DNA of 64,000 nucleotides from Candidatus Marinacidobacterales bacterium (GCA_965237955.1 OZ250169.1:8032001-8096000); one strand, 5' to 3'. Positions 48,874-61,370 are shown, numbered from the stretch's first letter. The notes: generated by a model from the sequence alone, not told the origin. A program made the numbers and translations.

Positions 48874-49371
48874 CTACTTGATCATCGAGAAAATGATCGA
48901 AGGCACCAATGGTTCACCGGCCGGCTGGATAGCTTCAATGCATAGGTTCGCCTCTGAATTATTAGCTGACATCATGACTTCTACAACATCACCCGCCTTC
49001 AGTGGGACGATTCCCTGCGATATGATGACGTCTTTCGCCCTGCTGTCGGCATCCTGACACAGCTGTACGTTGGAGTTCGCTACATCATCTCCATTAACAC
49101 GTAGCCATAAATCGAAGCAACCATAGGGTCCTCCACCTTCGCGTCCCACTTGGGGTGCAGCGACTATCAGATAGGGTCCGGCTTCACTTACAGTGATTTT
49201 GTTGTCTTTTAGGGCAAGGCCATTGGCTGCATCCGTGACATCCATTTTAACGACCACGGGTGCATTGCCGGGGCACTGGGTAATCGTTGAGGATGCCTGC
49301 AAATACTGGTCGGCGTTTGCCATACTCATGGATGTCAATAATACAAACACTGTAGAGATAATCTTCTTCAT
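48874..49371 (-). CDS. Secreted C1q/BclA-CTD-like jelly-roll protein
   Basis: Signal peptide; ITV..AG.YLI, LWLRVNG, L.AGDVVEV. Confidence 0.6.
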   Translation of the reverse strand: MKKIISTVFVLLTSMSMANADQYLQASSTITQCPGNAPVVVKMDVTDAANGLALKDNKITVSEAGPYLIVAAPQVGREGGGPYGCFDLWLRVNGDDVANSNVQLCQDADSRAKDVIISQGIVPLKAGDVVEVMMSANNSEANLCIEAIQPAGEPLVPSIIFSMIK

Positions 49372-49779
49372 GCTCTTGCGCTCCTTTTCAGTCCAGGTCA
49401 AAGCTTTTTGGGCATTCAGCTCAGCCAGTCGGGCAGGCGGTCCCCCTGACACCTGACGATGGCTTGCCGGTCAACTAAGTCAGTACAAGTAGAGTACTTT
49501 AGCAGAATTTATGGCGTAGTCAAAGGATGCTGGGCAGGTCGTAGGTGCAAACTGCTGACCCGCTGGGCCTTCGCGTATTTTGACCAGACGGGTTTTGGCG
49601 CTTTTGGCGCAGGATCTATTCGGTCGCAGCTCCGGAGCTCGTGTTTGTGGGTGTCCATTCGAGTCTGGAGAGACGGTTTCCCGAAGAGTTCGGACGCCGG
49701 GTCGAGAACGCCAGACCGGAGACTAATCAAGTTCGGTGCGCGCGGATGAATAAATAGAAGGCACAGGTACCAGCGCAGG

Positions 49780-50943
49780 AGTCAAGCCCATTCTCCTAAG
49801 AAACTACCGCCTGAACGACGTCGCCCGTTTGAGTGTCGATGAGAGCGAAACCGAGGTCAGCGGCGCGTTGGGTCAGGCGGCGCACGGCACGGGAGCGATC
49901 TTGAGCGTTGTAGGCGGCGGCCCCGGGGTCTTGATAGACGAGCCCATCCTTGAGAGTGCGGTAGACGAGAATGGCGAGCTTTCGAGCGGTGGCGGTGATG
50001 GCTTTGGATTTACCGACGCGATAGGCGAGACGTCGATAGTAGGCGCCGAGAGCGGTCTGTGTACGCCCGAGGCTGAGTGCGGCCATGCGGAGAATGCCAG
50101 CGGCGCGGTTTGCAGAGGGTTGTGTTTTCGAGCTGAGGAGTCGCCCGCCGGAGATTTTGTTATTGGGCGCGAGGGTAAGCCAGGAAGTGAAGTGCTTTTC
50201 AGTAGGCCATCGGTTCATATCGGTACCGATCTCGGCGAGCAAGCGAAGCGCGGAATAGGGTCCGATGGCGTCGATCTGGGAGAGGTCGACCCCGGCGATC
50301 TGGTGGAGGAGAGGCCGGAGCTCGAACCGAGGTTCGTTCACTCGGGGCTTGCGCGATTTTCGAGGCGGTGGCAAGGAGGTGTTCGGGGTTGAGCGTTGAG
50401 CTAGAAGCTGCAGGTGCGATTCGATGGCCACGTCACAGGTTTGGATCTGGAGCTGAAAAGCATCAAAGAGTTCGAGGTTCTGCTTGAGAGCGAAGAGGTG
50501 CTCGGGGCGATAGTTGCCGGTGAGTGCAGCGGCGATCTCGGCCTCGGAGGACTGACAACGGTGGTCACGGTGCTTAGCGAGCCGATGGGGGTCGGTTTGT
50601 CCGGCAACGATGTCTCGTAGAATCCGCATGCCAGTGACACCCGTGATATCAGTGACCACAAGGTGGAGTTGAAGATTCATTTGCACGAGAGCCTTCTGCA
50701 TGCGCTGGATATGGGTTACCGCACTCTGAACGAGAGTCTCTCGGTGGCGGAGGTAGCCACGCAGGGCGGTGATGGCTGCTTCGGGTCGAAAGCTTCCGCG
50801 GAGCAACCCCACGCTGTGCAACTCCCGGAGCCATTCGCAATCGCTGACATCGCTCTTGCGCCCCGGGACGTTTTTGACGTGGCGCGCGTTGACCAAGAGG
50901 ACCTGGAAGCCACGGGCTTCGAGGATTTCATACAGGGCGATCC
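49780..50943 (-). mobile_element. IS110-family recombinase, 5'-truncated by the LSR unit end
   Basis: LVNARHVK.VPGRKSD..D, IG..SA..L.AEIG, SWL.L.P....SGG, A.ARKLA. Confidence 0.9.
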
Positions 50944-53399
50944 CGTCCTGTGCCAAAACTCGGCCCTCTTGAAATAGACCACAAATCAGCAGCTTAGACG
51001 CCCTTGGAATCCGCGCAGAATCGAGGGTATTTCGCGCCGCAGGGCTGGCTTCCGACCCCAGAGCTGCGGGTGGCGAGCGACAGGCCCACCGGGGGTGCGC
51101 ACGGCTGGCTCAAATCGGCTGCGGGGCGAGCTACGGGCAGTGAACTTCGAACCCGGAAGTCCCTCATTAGACTGGACTTTATCGAGCACAAGAGCGAACG
51201 TTCGGTGATGCCGCAGGATACAGGGGTTGGCCGGAACGTCGTTTTGGACGGTTTGGACTTCGCCAGCTTACGGCGGGTCTGGGAGCAGACCTTTGGGGCT
51301 GCTCCTCCAAGCTCGCTCTCGCGTGTTTTCCTGCGCCGCGTTCTCTTGCACGAACGCCAGTGCCGGACCCATGGCGGGCTTTCGGCCGCAACCCGGCGCG
51401 CTCTGGCTGCCATGGCGAACGAGACACCAAGCCCCGGCGCTCCCGCAGGGTCCGTTTCTGCCGGCACCCATCTCGTCCGCGAGTGGAATGGCCGGACCTA
51501 CCAGGTCGAGGTACTCGACAACGGCTATCGGTTCGATGGCAAAACCTATCCGTCCCTCACTACCATCGCAAAGCGAATCACCGGCACCCACTGGTCTGGA
51601 CCACGCTTTTTCGGTCTCACGCCCAAGCGCAAGGCCTAACATGAAGAAGATCCGCTGTGCCATCTATACGCGAAAGAGTGCGGAAGAGGGTCTCGAACAG
51701 GAGTTCAACTCCCTCGATGCGCAGCGAGAAGCCTGCGCCGCGTATGTCGCGAGCCAGAAAGCGGAGGGCTGGGTGCTGCTGCCAACTGTCTACGAGGACG
51801 CGGGGCTCTCGGGAGGAACCCTGGAGCGCCCGGGCCTACAGCGCTTGCTCGCCGACATCGATGCCGGTCTCGTCGAGCAGATCGTGGTCTACAAGGTCGA
51901 CCGGCTGACCCGTTCCCTCTCCGACTTTGCAAAGCTCGTCGAGCGGCTCGAGGCAGCCGGCGCGGTTTTCGTCTCGGTAACTCAGTCCTTCAACACCGCG
52001 ACCAGCATGGGACGACTGACGCTGCATATGCTGCTGTCCTTCGCACAATTCGAACGCGAGGTCACGGCCGAGCGGATCCGCGATAAGGTCGCTGCCTCCA
52101 AGCGCAAGGGACTATGGATGGGCGGCCGCGTACCGCTAGGCTATGAGAAGGACGGGCGCACGCTGCGCATCAACGAGGCTGAGGCCGAAACGGTCCGGAC
52201 GCTCTATGCGCTGTACCGGAAGCACGAAACGCTCCGGCAGGTGAAGGCCGAGGCGGACCGTCTGAGACTGCGTACCAAGCAACGCTTCACCGCGGATGGA
52301 ACCCGAACGGGCGGGCTGCCGTTCCGTCGCGGACACCTCCACTGCCTGCTGACCAATCCTCTCTACGCCGGCCGCATCCGGCACCAGAGGTGTGTCTACG
52401 AGGGCCAGCATCCATCGATCATTGCTCCGGAGCTCTGGGACGCGGTCCAAACGCAGCTGCAGGCAGGGGCTGCCAAACCAAGGAGACGCACGACGAAGGG
52501 CCGTGCAGCCCCCTCCCCACTGGCAGGCAAGCTCTTCGACGAGACCGGGGACCGGCTGACGCCGAGCCACACCAAAAAGAAAAACGGGCAACGGCTCCGC
52601 TACTACGTCTCCCGGCGCCTCATCCAGCACAGTGGCCAAAAGGACCTCTCCGGCTGGCGACTGCCCGCCCCGATGCTGGAACAGACCGTCTTGCATCTCA
52701 TCCGACAGCATGTGGATGCCACGACCTTCTCGGCCTCGTTGATCCACACTCCGACGATGCAAGAGCTCGCCTCGGTGCGTCGCTTTTTAGACGGGCTGTG
52801 TTCCGATACTAATGATGATAGTGCCTCGGCAGCCCCCCTGCTCCGTCTTATCCGGCAGGTCGATATCAGCCCCGGCTCTGTGTCCATCCTGCTCGACCGC
52901 AATGCGTTCGCTGATTGCCTGTCTATGGGACCTGACCGCATTCGCGAGGATGCACTCCGCATCCTCGCACCGTTCCGCTTGCGCCGACGCGGCGTCGAGA
53001 CCAAGCTCGTTCTGGGCAACCCCACGAAATCCGTCGACCGCACACTCCTGCGCAATATCAGAAACGCCCTCTCCTGGCTCGACCGAATCAAAGCAGGCAA
53101 AACCTATGAGGAGATTGCCACCGAAAACGCCATCCCAACGGACCGCGTGCGCAAGGCAATCCGTTATGCCTTCCTGGCTCCCGACATCGTCCGCGCCATT
53201 GTCGAAGGCCGCCAGCCCGTTGGGCTGACCTCGAGCTACCTCTTGCATCATCCGCTTCCCGACGATTGGGAGAAACAGCGAGTGCTCGTCAAAACGCTGT
53301 GAGCCTGCCAGCGCCCACTTCGTGAATGGGCTCGGTTAGCAGCAAGCTGCTCTCCGACACTGGCCTCCACCAATCAGACTCAAACTGGCCCAAATTCCC
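50944..53399 (+). mobile_element. DUF2924 + large serine recombinase unit, copy 3 (3' flank cut by a CGTCC-type IS)
   Basis: DUF2924 51208-51639; most diverged of the three copies. Confidence 0.8.
51641..53302 (+). CDS. Large serine recombinase
   Basis: Near-identical to the other two copies, frame intact. Confidence 0.92.
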   Translation: MKKIRCAIYTRKSAEEGLEQEFNSLDAQREACAAYVASQKAEGWVLLPTVYEDAGLSGGTLERPGLQRLLADIDAGLVEQIVVYKVDRLTRSLSDFAKLVERLEAAGAVFVSVTQSFNTATSMGRLTLHMLLSFAQFEREVTAERIRDKVAASKRKGLWMGGRVPLGYEKDGRTLRINEAEAETVRTLYALYRKHETLRQVKAEADRLRLRTKQRFTADGTRTGGLPFRRGHLHCLLTNPLYAGRIRHQRCVYEGQHPSIIAPELWDAVQTQLQAGAAKPRRRTTKGRAAPSPLAGKLFDETGDRLTPSHTKKKNGQRLRYYVSRRLIQHSGQKDLSGWRLPAPMLEQTVLHLIRQHVDATTFSASLIHTPTMQELASVRRFLDGLCSDTNDDSASAAPLLRLIRQVDISPGSVSILLDRNAFADCLSMGPDRIREDALRILAPFRLRRRGVETKLVLGNPTKSVDRTLLRNIRNALSWLDRIKAGKTYEEIATENAIPTDRVRKAIRYAFLAPDIVRAIVEGRQPVGLTSSYLLHHPLPDDWEKQRVLVKTL

Positions 53400-54479
53400 C
53401 GTCCTGTGCCAAAACTCGGCCCTTTTGAAATAGGCCATAAATCAGCACTTTAGTGTCTGTGTTTGCGACCGGGCCAAGGGCCGTGGGCTTTACAATCGTC
53501 TTGGGCGGGCGGGTCGTCACCATGCAGATGACCACCTAGTCGAGAGCGAATATCGAAGCATGTTCCTGAAGCTGTTTCCACGCTACGCCGGTCGAGCCCG
53601 CCGAGGGGCTACCGTCGCCGGCGACCATCTACGCGGCACGGCAGTAGTAGTTGAGAATGCCCCCAAGTCGCTCTCGCGACACGATGGGGCCAGCGTCCTT
53701 CACGCTTGCAGGCAGAGGTGTGATGAGCTCGTTGCCGATGCCTTGGTGGTTCCGTTCGGTGTGATAGTGCACGACATATTCGGTTACCGCTGTCCGCAGG
53801 TGTCCCTCACTGAGAGGTACGAAACGGTTGAGACACTCTCGACGTATGGAGAGAATGAATCTTTCCGCGTATGCGTTCAGATTCGGACTATTGGCGGGAA
53901 GGCGCAGGGGCTTCACGCCTGAATCTCTCAAGAGCCCACGTACCGCCTCGGTGAATAGTGGGTCCCGGTCGTGGATGAGGTATCGCTTGCCAAGGAGGAA
54001 ACCATCCCACATGTCAGTGAGGTTTCTTGCCACCTGCTTCATCCACTCCCCGTTGGGGTCCGACGTTATCCCACCGATGCACACGCAGCGAGTGGCGATA
54101 TCGATGACAAACAGGACATGGTAGCGGACGAGCCCGAACGGGTTCACAACCTCGACGGTGAACAGGTCTGTCGCAGCGATGGCGCCCCAATGAGCCTTGA
54201 TGAAGGTGCTCCACGACATGCTCCTGCCCCGCTCCGGCGCAGGAGCGATACCGTGCTCGGCGAGGATCCTCTTGATAGTGTTGCGTCCGAGTTCATGTCC
54301 TAGGTTCTTGAGTGCGCCTCGCAGGCGCGTATATCCCCACGTCGGGTTCTCCCGCGCCACGCGCACAATGAGCTCACGGATGTCCTTCGCCGTCGGAGGT
54401 CGGCCTGGGCTCCGGTTCTTGCTGCCATCGTACTTGGCTGCGATGAGGCAGCGGTACCAACGCAGAAGCGTAGCGGGTG

Positions 54480-57400
54480 GGAGGTGCCCCCACCATAGTT
54501 GAAGGTTCGAGGTGGTGGCGGCTCCTGACACATGGTTTACCCGACTTTGGCGTGCTTGTCGAGCGCTTGATTCTCAGTGACCTCCGCTAACTTCGCTTCG
54601 AGGATCGGTAGCGATTGGTATCCAATGATACGACGGAAATTTTTCTCCGTGGCGAGCAGAGCCGAAGCGGCCCATCTCAGAACCATCTTGCCATTGCGCC
54701 AGCGGGTGACGCGACGGGTACGACCTCGCGCACCGCTGAAGCACGACTCGATGATGTTCGTCGATCCAAGGCAGCGTTTCAGAGATGCGGGGAGGTCGAG
54801 CTCGTTGATGGTGAACATCTCGTCGAGCCCCTCCCGGATGCTCTCCGCCGCCGAGGGGTAGTCGTCCTCGAGCCACTTCGCCTGTTGCTCCAACCGCGCT
54901 TTGCCCTTCTTTGCTGGGAGCTGCCAGGCCGAACGCAGGCTCGCTTGCACTTGCGGCTTCAGCTCCTGCGGCAGATAACCGAGCACATTGCGCTCCTTGT
55001 GCTTCCTGCAACGCTGGACCTTGTTGTGGGTACCGAACACAGCGTCGACGGCGACCCGTAGCGCCTTGGAGCCATCGATCACGAACAGCCGACACCGCTC
55101 TGGGCTCAGGCCTCGTTCGACCAGGTCCTCCAGCAGCGCCTTGCACACTATCTGGTTCTCCGATGCTCCATCCCGAAGCCCCAGAACATGCTTGTGTTTC
55201 GGTTCAGCTGGAACATGACAGTCCTGAAGTTAAAATACGCACATGGAAAAAGGAGCTGTCATGAGCAAAGGTCGTCGTCGTCACACTGCGGAGCAAAAGG
55301 CAGAGCTGTTGCGCCAGCACGTTGCCGAGAAAAAGCCGGTCTCGGAGGTATGCAACGAGGCAGAAATCCAGCCGAGCCTGTTCTACACATGGCAAAGGGA
55401 GCTATTGGCTGGAGCCCATACGGTGTTTTCGTTCCGTCGTGCGCCGAGCCGTGAGAAGGAGCTAGAGGAGAAGCTCTCCCGTCTCGAGGCGAAGGTGGCC
55501 CGTAAGGATCAGATCATCGCTGAGGTGACCGAAGAGTACGTGACACTCAAAAAAAACTTGGGGAAGCCTGAGTGGTGCCTGGATTCCCCATGACCGTCGT
55601 GACGAGGTTGTCGACTTCGTGAACACAATCGCCACCAAGACCCAGCTTCCGGTCCAGCAGATCGTTCAGTGGTGCGGGATCGCTCGGGGCAAGTTCTACG
55701 ACTGGCGCAAGCGGTACGGGAAGGTGAATGAGCACAACGGCCTGGTGCCGCGGGATCACTGGATCGAAGAATGGGAGCGCCAGTCCGTGATCGACTACTT
55801 CGACTGCCACCCACTGGACGGGTATCGCCGACTCACGTTCATGATGCTGGACGAAGACGTGGTGGCAGTTAGCCCCTCGACGACGTACCGGGTGTTGTCG
55901 AAGGCGGGTCGTCTGGACCGTTGGAACCCGAAGCCGTCGAAGAAGGGAACGGGCTTCGTTCAGCCGCTGCGAGCGCACCAGCACTGGCACACGGATATCT
56001 CGTACTTGAACCTGGGTGGGACGTTCTACTACCTCTGCTCGTTTCTGGATGGTGCGAGCCGCGCGGTGGTTCACTGGGAGATTCGTGAGTCGATGACGGA
56101 AGCGGATGTGGAGTGCATCTTGGAGCGAGCAAAGGAGCGGTACCCCGATGCGCGGCCTCGAATCATCTCGGACAACGGTCCGCAGTACATCGCGAAGGAC
56201 TTCAAGGCATTCATCCGCATCTCAGGGATGACGCACGTGAGGACCGCGCCGTACTACCCGCAATCGAACGGGAAGATCGAGCGTTGGCACAAGACGATAA
56301 AATCGGACGCCCTGCGTCCTGCCAGCCCCACGAGCCTCGAAGAGGCTCGCCGCTTGATGGAACGATTCGTCGAATATTACAACGGGGTTCGCCTGCACAG
56401 CGCGATCGGCTACATTGCGCCGCTGGACTTCATGGATGGCAAGGCCACCCAGATCTGGTCGGAGCGAGACCGCAAACTCGAGCAGGCTCGGAAGCTGCGG
56501 CGTGAGCGCCGTGCGAACAAGGTGCCCGCATGAACACTCTGATCCCAGGAGCCCCACTCCGTTCCCTCTCGCCCACAAGCATTGAGTACCAGAGAGCGCA
56601 GGGGGCGTCAAGGGCGGCGAAGCCGGCGCGCGCAGCGCGCTTTACCCTTGACGCCCCCGAGCACTCTGGTACGATCCCTGGGGCGATAGGGGACATCCTG
56701 CCGCCGGGCGTTGCGTTAACGTCCAACCTCGCTGTCATCTTCACGCTGAACCAATACACTTGTATCCCTCTGTATCTACGCCGATTGCCGCCAGCGCGTG
56801 GTGCTCGCCGAAGCGAATCCCGTCCAGGTACACGACCGCGATCTCCAGCTCGTCCAGCGGACGCTCCATCAGCCCCTGCAACTGCTCCGCGCTTGCTTCC
56901 ACGAACTCACGGCTCACCTCGCTCTTGCTAACCCCTACCGTCTCCGCCATCTCGGGAAGAACCGACGCGTACTTGCGCGTCGACACACCCAGCATCAGGA
57001 TTTCCCAGATGCGTTGGCTCAGCCGAGACGAGTTGTTCACCGCTTCGTAGGCAGGAATCGCAACCTCCCCTCCCTCTGCCTTTCCCTTACGCCGCAGACG
57101 TGGCCGGCTCACTCTCAACTTCCGCTCCGCAAGGCTTACTACGCCACCCTGCCGGCCGTGCCAGCGAACATCGCTACCCTTCTTCCCCGGGTGTTTCTCC
57201 CCAGCCACACTTTGGGCTGACAGATCCAAGACCGCTTCGATCGTCGCTCGGCCAGCAACGTCGATCACTTCGTCGATCGCTATCTCGGTTCGCTCAATCG
57301 CATCCAAGAACGGCAACAGAGCTTGCCCCTTCGAGCTCAGTATCTCTCGAAGCTTCTTCCTGTTCTTCGCATCGATGATTTGGTAATTTGACATCGTGGT

Positions 57401-57492
57401 GGCTCCTTTCTTTTTCCTTCACAGCCGGATTCTATCGAACCCGGCCTTAGGAGCCGCCACTCCTAACCTTCAACTATCTCAGGGGCATCTCC
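54480..57492 (-). mobile_element. IS256 type 1 copy 2, interrupted by IS3
   Basis: 8-bp TSD AGCGGGTG; near-identical to 4524-5968. Confidence 0.92.
55195..56758 (+). mobile_element. Complete IS3-family element (orfA 55261-55593, orfB to 56533)
   Basis: TG..CA IRs (TGTTTCGGTTCAGC / GCTGAACCAATACA), 4-bp TSD CTTG, A8 slip site 55549-55556, WHTD/SDNG/IER triad. Confidence 0.93.
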
Positions 57493-57905
57493 AGCGGGTG
57501 TGGCAACGGACGCAATCTGGCCAGCGCCTCGCGGCCCAAAGCCTGGGCCTTGACGGCGAGCCTGCGCCGCTCGTCGTCCGAGAGCCTGAGACGCTTGCCC
57601 CGAAGCCCGGCTCGGAGCACACGGTTCTCCTCTTGCAGGTAGTCGATCACATCCTGCTGCTGGCGGTTGACCCAGCCAGCTAGAACGAGCAGTAGGAATT
57701 GCACGTGGTACGTCATCATGGATCTGAAGATAACACCCTCGGGCCAGACGATTGTAAAGCCTACGGCCCTTGGCCCCGGCGCAAACACAGACACTAAGCT
57801 GCTGATTTATGGCCTATTTCAAAAGGGCCGAGTTTTGGCACAGGACGCGATCGAAACGGCCCCGGCGCGCCGATCTTGAGTTCGTTTGTGTTTTTGGACA
57901 CAACG

Positions 57906-57952
57906 AGATAGGCCGCGCCTACAGAGCACCGCGCCAGCTCTCGACTCTACCG
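57906..57952. repeat. 47-bp dispersed REP-like repeat, copy 2
   Basis: Matches 32870-32916. Confidence 0.6.
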
Positions 57953-57972
57953 CGCTTCTCCGTACTGCCTTC

Positions 57973-58785
57973 CTAGAGGTCGATGTCGACACCTACCGGG
58001 CAGTGGTCGGAGCCCCGCTCGTTGGGCCAGATGAAGGCGTCCTTCAATCGTTCCATCGCGCTCGGCGACGCGAGGACGTAGTCGATGCGCCACCCGACGT
58101 TCCGCTCGCGCGCGCCGCCCCACTGCCGCCACCAAGTGTAATGGTCCGGCTGGTCGGGATGCAGGGCGCGAAAGGTGTCCACCCAGCCCGCTTCGAGCCA
58201 GCGGTCGAGCTCGACCCGCTCCTCGGGGAGGAACCCGCTGTTCTTGACATTGGATTTCGGGCGAGCGAGGTCGATCTCGCGGTGCGCGGTATTGAAATCC
58301 CCGATCACGAGCACTGGACATCGGCGCCGCAGTTGCTGCGCCCGGTCGAACACAGCCCGATAGAAGTCGAGTTTGTAGCCGACCCGGCTGTTGTCCCGGT
58401 CCTTCCCGCTTCCCTTGGGAAAATAGCCGTTTACAACCGCGAACCGCCCGCGATCGGTCCGGAAGTGAGCAGCGATGAACCGGCCCTCAATATCGAACCG
58501 AGGCTCTCCGAGGGAGGTCTCCACTAGAACGGGCTGGAACTTCGAGTAGATTCCGACACCACTGTATCCCCGGCGCTCGGCTACCGCGAACACGGCGTGC
58601 CAGTCGGTCGGCCTCCGTGCGGCGAGAGGGATCTCCTCGGGCAGCGCGCGGACCTCTTGGACGCCGAGGATGTCGGCTCCAGACCGGTCCAAAAAGTCCA
58701 CGAACCCGCGCCGCACGCAAGCGCGAATCCCATTTACGTTCCAGCTCACGACCCGCATCGGTTCTTTCTCCGCCACACCAGCCAC
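57973..58785 (-). CDS. xth: Exodeoxyribonuclease III
   Basis: SWNVNGIRA, QE, GYSGV, GDFNTAH, YTWW, GWRIDY, SDHCP. Confidence 0.95.
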   Translation of the reverse strand: MAGVAEKEPMRVVSWNVNGIRACVRRGFVDFLDRSGADILGVQEVRALPEEIPLAARRPTDWHAVFAVAERRGYSGVGIYSKFQPVLVETSLGEPRFDIEGRFIAAHFRTDRGRFAVVNGYFPKGSGKDRDNSRVGYKLDFYRAVFDRAQQLRRRCPVLVIGDFNTAHREIDLARPKSNVKNSGFLPEERVELDRWLEAGWVDTFRALHPDQPDHYTWWRQWGGARERNVGWRIDYVLASPSAMERLKDAFIWPNERGSDHCPVGVDIDL

Positions 58786-59043
58786 TAGACGTTCGTCAGG
58801 CCGCTCTTAGTAGATGGTCTCGTTGGTGGGGGCAGATCAATTGAGGTTGCCGTCTGGGGAGCAGATTGAAACTCAAGCGCGCGCAAAACAGCGTCCCGCT
58901 GCGTCGTGCTCCGCCTGCGAAGCGGCTTCAACACGGTCGACTATGTTGAAACGGTCAGAAGTGACGCCCATCTCGCAAACCCGGTACGGTTCACAATTCA
59001 GGCCGCCGCGTAATCTGTCCACAGAACACGCCGAACGAGATGT

Positions 59044-60279
59044 TTAGTCCTCGTCGAGCCGATTGAAGGCTATTACCGCCTGGCCTATCGCGGTCAGCCA
59101 TTCATTGGAGTGTTCGAGTAGATCGCCGACCTTCGGCTTTCTCCCGTCGACGACTACGCGCCATGACCAATAGTTGCCGTCCTTTTTCACGGTTGCTCCG
59201 GGAAGGAGCCGGGCCACGGCCTCAAGGTAATCCACCCCTACTTGCGGATCGCCGCATTGCTCCGCGTAATAGACCACGTAGTTCGTGTCGAGATCTCCAT
59301 TCGGAAACAACGTGCCGAAGTTAACCTTGCTTCCATCGCTCCGATGCCAGTTCAAGATGTACGAGGCGCGTGACAAGGTGACTTCGAAATCGTCGCCCTG
59401 GGCCTCGTAGCTCTGGAAGAATGCCCGCACGCGCAACGGTAGTGCCGGATCGACCTGTTCGATCTGTTCGTAGAACTCCTTCTCCGTGATCTGCGTCCTG
59501 ACTCTTACACCACCTGACGCTGGTGGCGGGTCTTCCACCACGACCTCCGCGTCGGCCCGTCGCACGACAGCACGTTCGATTTCGATCGTCTTGGCGAGTA
59601 CCCTCGGCTCTACGATAACCCCGCCCGCCGAGCCCTCCGGCATGTCGAAGATGGCCAACTCCACGAGCCCGAACGTGATTCGAATGCCGGCGGACTGGTT
59701 GAGATAATCCGCGATGCGTTCAACCCCTTCGCGTATGCCGTCGCCCACCACGATCAGGAGAAAGCGGCCGCTGGTAAGGCTACGCGCGACGTCGTCCACG
59801 AAGGTCGCTTCGTCAAGCGTATCGTGCTGCGCCCGCACGATATCGAACAACGCGTTGGTGTTTCCGGAACGTCTTGCAGCCCGGCAAACGGCATCGTTCA
59901 GCTCATCGTACGACCAGCGACTGATCTCCTTCGCGTAGTCGAGGATCTGGGAGACAGCACCGCGCCGTGCCTCGGGGTTACGCCACAGCTTGCACTCAAC
60001 GATGGACAATCGACCCTCCTCGCTCATGTAGGCGAGGTCGATCGGCCCGGCCGCGGTTGGCAACTCGCGACAAAGCGGTGTGGCAGGAGCGAACGCAGGA
60101 TCGATTTCTCCGATTGGGAGGATTTCAGGCGTCTCGAACAGAAGCCGTTGAAGCCAATCCTCGTCATACCCGTTACCGCCGGACCCGATCTCCAGTCGAC
60201 GCCGGTGCAACGGAACCGCGCGGCTTCCCTTAAGTTTTGGAAGGTAGACTGTCTGACCGTATCTGGAGCGGTTAGACAT
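59044..60279 (-). CDS. PD-(D/E)XK (NucS-like) nuclease-domain protein
   Basis: E..LQ, RE..T.AG.IDL, IVECKL, QILDYA. Confidence 0.7.
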   Translation of the reverse strand: MSNRSRYGQTVYLPKLKGSRAVPLHRRRLEIGSGGNGYDEDWLQRLLFETPEILPIGEIDPAFAPATPLCRELPTAAGPIDLAYMSEEGRLSIVECKLWRNPEARRGAVSQILDYAKEISRWSYDELNDAVCRAARRSGNTNALFDIVRAQHDTLDEATFVDDVARSLTSGRFLLIVVGDGIREGVERIADYLNQSAGIRITFGLVELAIFDMPEGSAGGVIVEPRVLAKTIEIERAVVRRADAEVVVEDPPPASGGVRVRTQITEKEFYEQIEQVDPALPLRVRAFFQSYEAQGDDFEVTLSRASYILNWHRSDGSKVNFGTLFPNGDLDTNYVVYYAEQCGDPQVGVDYLEAVARLLPGATVKKDGNYWSWRVVVDGRKPKVGDLLEHSNEWLTAIGQAVIAFNRLDED

Positions 60280-61049
60280 GCTCGATTCTCCTTTCTGTAG
60301 CGGCAGTCCCGGTTAGTCCGGCGCAGTCGAGACATTGTAGCCGCACTGCGAGGCACACGAACTAGACAACACGAGGTATTCTACGCCGCTGCGAACCCGT
60401 CCTGCGCCAAAACTCGGCCCTTTTGAAATAGACCATAAATCAGAAGCTTAGTGTCTATGGTGCGCTCCCGTGAACGGCTTGGCGGGTTGCTACGTTGCGT
60501 GCACGAACAGATTCATGCTCGGTAGCGAGTGCGGCGAGCGGGCGATGATTCACACGCGAGAGTACTGACGGGTCAGCGCCAGCAAGCTCTCGCGCGTGCG
60601 GTCGTGCGACAGTCGAATACGATCCCCGTGGCCGGCAAGCACCCCGTCCTGTGCCAAAACTCGGCCCTTTTGAAATAGACCATAAATTAGCAACTTCTGT
60701 GCCATCCCCGTCGGGTCGAATCGGCGCGAAGCAGCTGATCGTGGCAGGTCTAAACCGCGCAATCAACGCTGGCTCGACTTTTCGCGGAGCACAGCCCATA
60801 GCTCCGGAACGTCGAGGTCACCTGCTGCACCAGGTTCTCGAAGATATGGTGACGCAGCTCGAAAATACCGGAGCGCCGGGGACCGGGCATGCTATGAGCC
60901 CTGTCTTCCCGATTCTTTTCTGGGATTTTCCATAACCGAACCTCCCAACTCCTAATCGGACCAATTTTGTATCGAGAACGTACTCTCCTCGGCACCCACA
61001 TCTAAGCCAAGAGAATTCCAGAAATCACGATAGAACAATCTTAAGGATC

Positions 61050-61370
61050 CATCATCGGCCTCTACAAAACCGAGATGACCCATCGACGCGGGCCCTGGCG
61101 TGGTCTCGAGGACATCGAGTTCGCCACCCTCGAGTGGGTGCATTGGTACAACACGCAACGATTCCTGGAGCCGATCGTGTGAGATACGCTGTACTTTACG
61201 TGGTATTTGCATTCCCATCGCACATGCGACAGGCTTTTCCATTCGTGCATGCAGGTTCTCCTTTCGGAGGCCCCACAGGGTCTTCCCGGAGGGGGAACCT
61301 AGTACACGTCGGATCGCTCGAAGCTCTTCGGGTCACGCCGCCAGAGGCGGCGGATTTAGTAGCGGATTAA
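61050..61370. mobile_element. IS3 3' fragment (+) fused to IS200 left end and tnpA N-terminus (-)
   Basis: [20 protein letters not shown]; MHEWKSLSHVRWECKYHV with a CGCCGCCAGAGGCGGCG hairpin upstream. Confidence 0.75.

Larger units (their letters stand above)
53400..57847 (-). mobile_element. CGTCC-type IS copy 2, interrupted by IS256
   Basis: Both long IRs present; transposase halves rejoin across the AGCGGGTG duplication. Confidence 0.88.

Noticed and set aside
56600-56660. Strong hairpin as a candidate ncRNA
   Set aside because: It lies inside the IS3 3' non-coding region and nothing supports an independent RNA.
60794-60900. Possible hisS/hisZ N-terminal fragment
   Set aside because: Too short and too weak to support.
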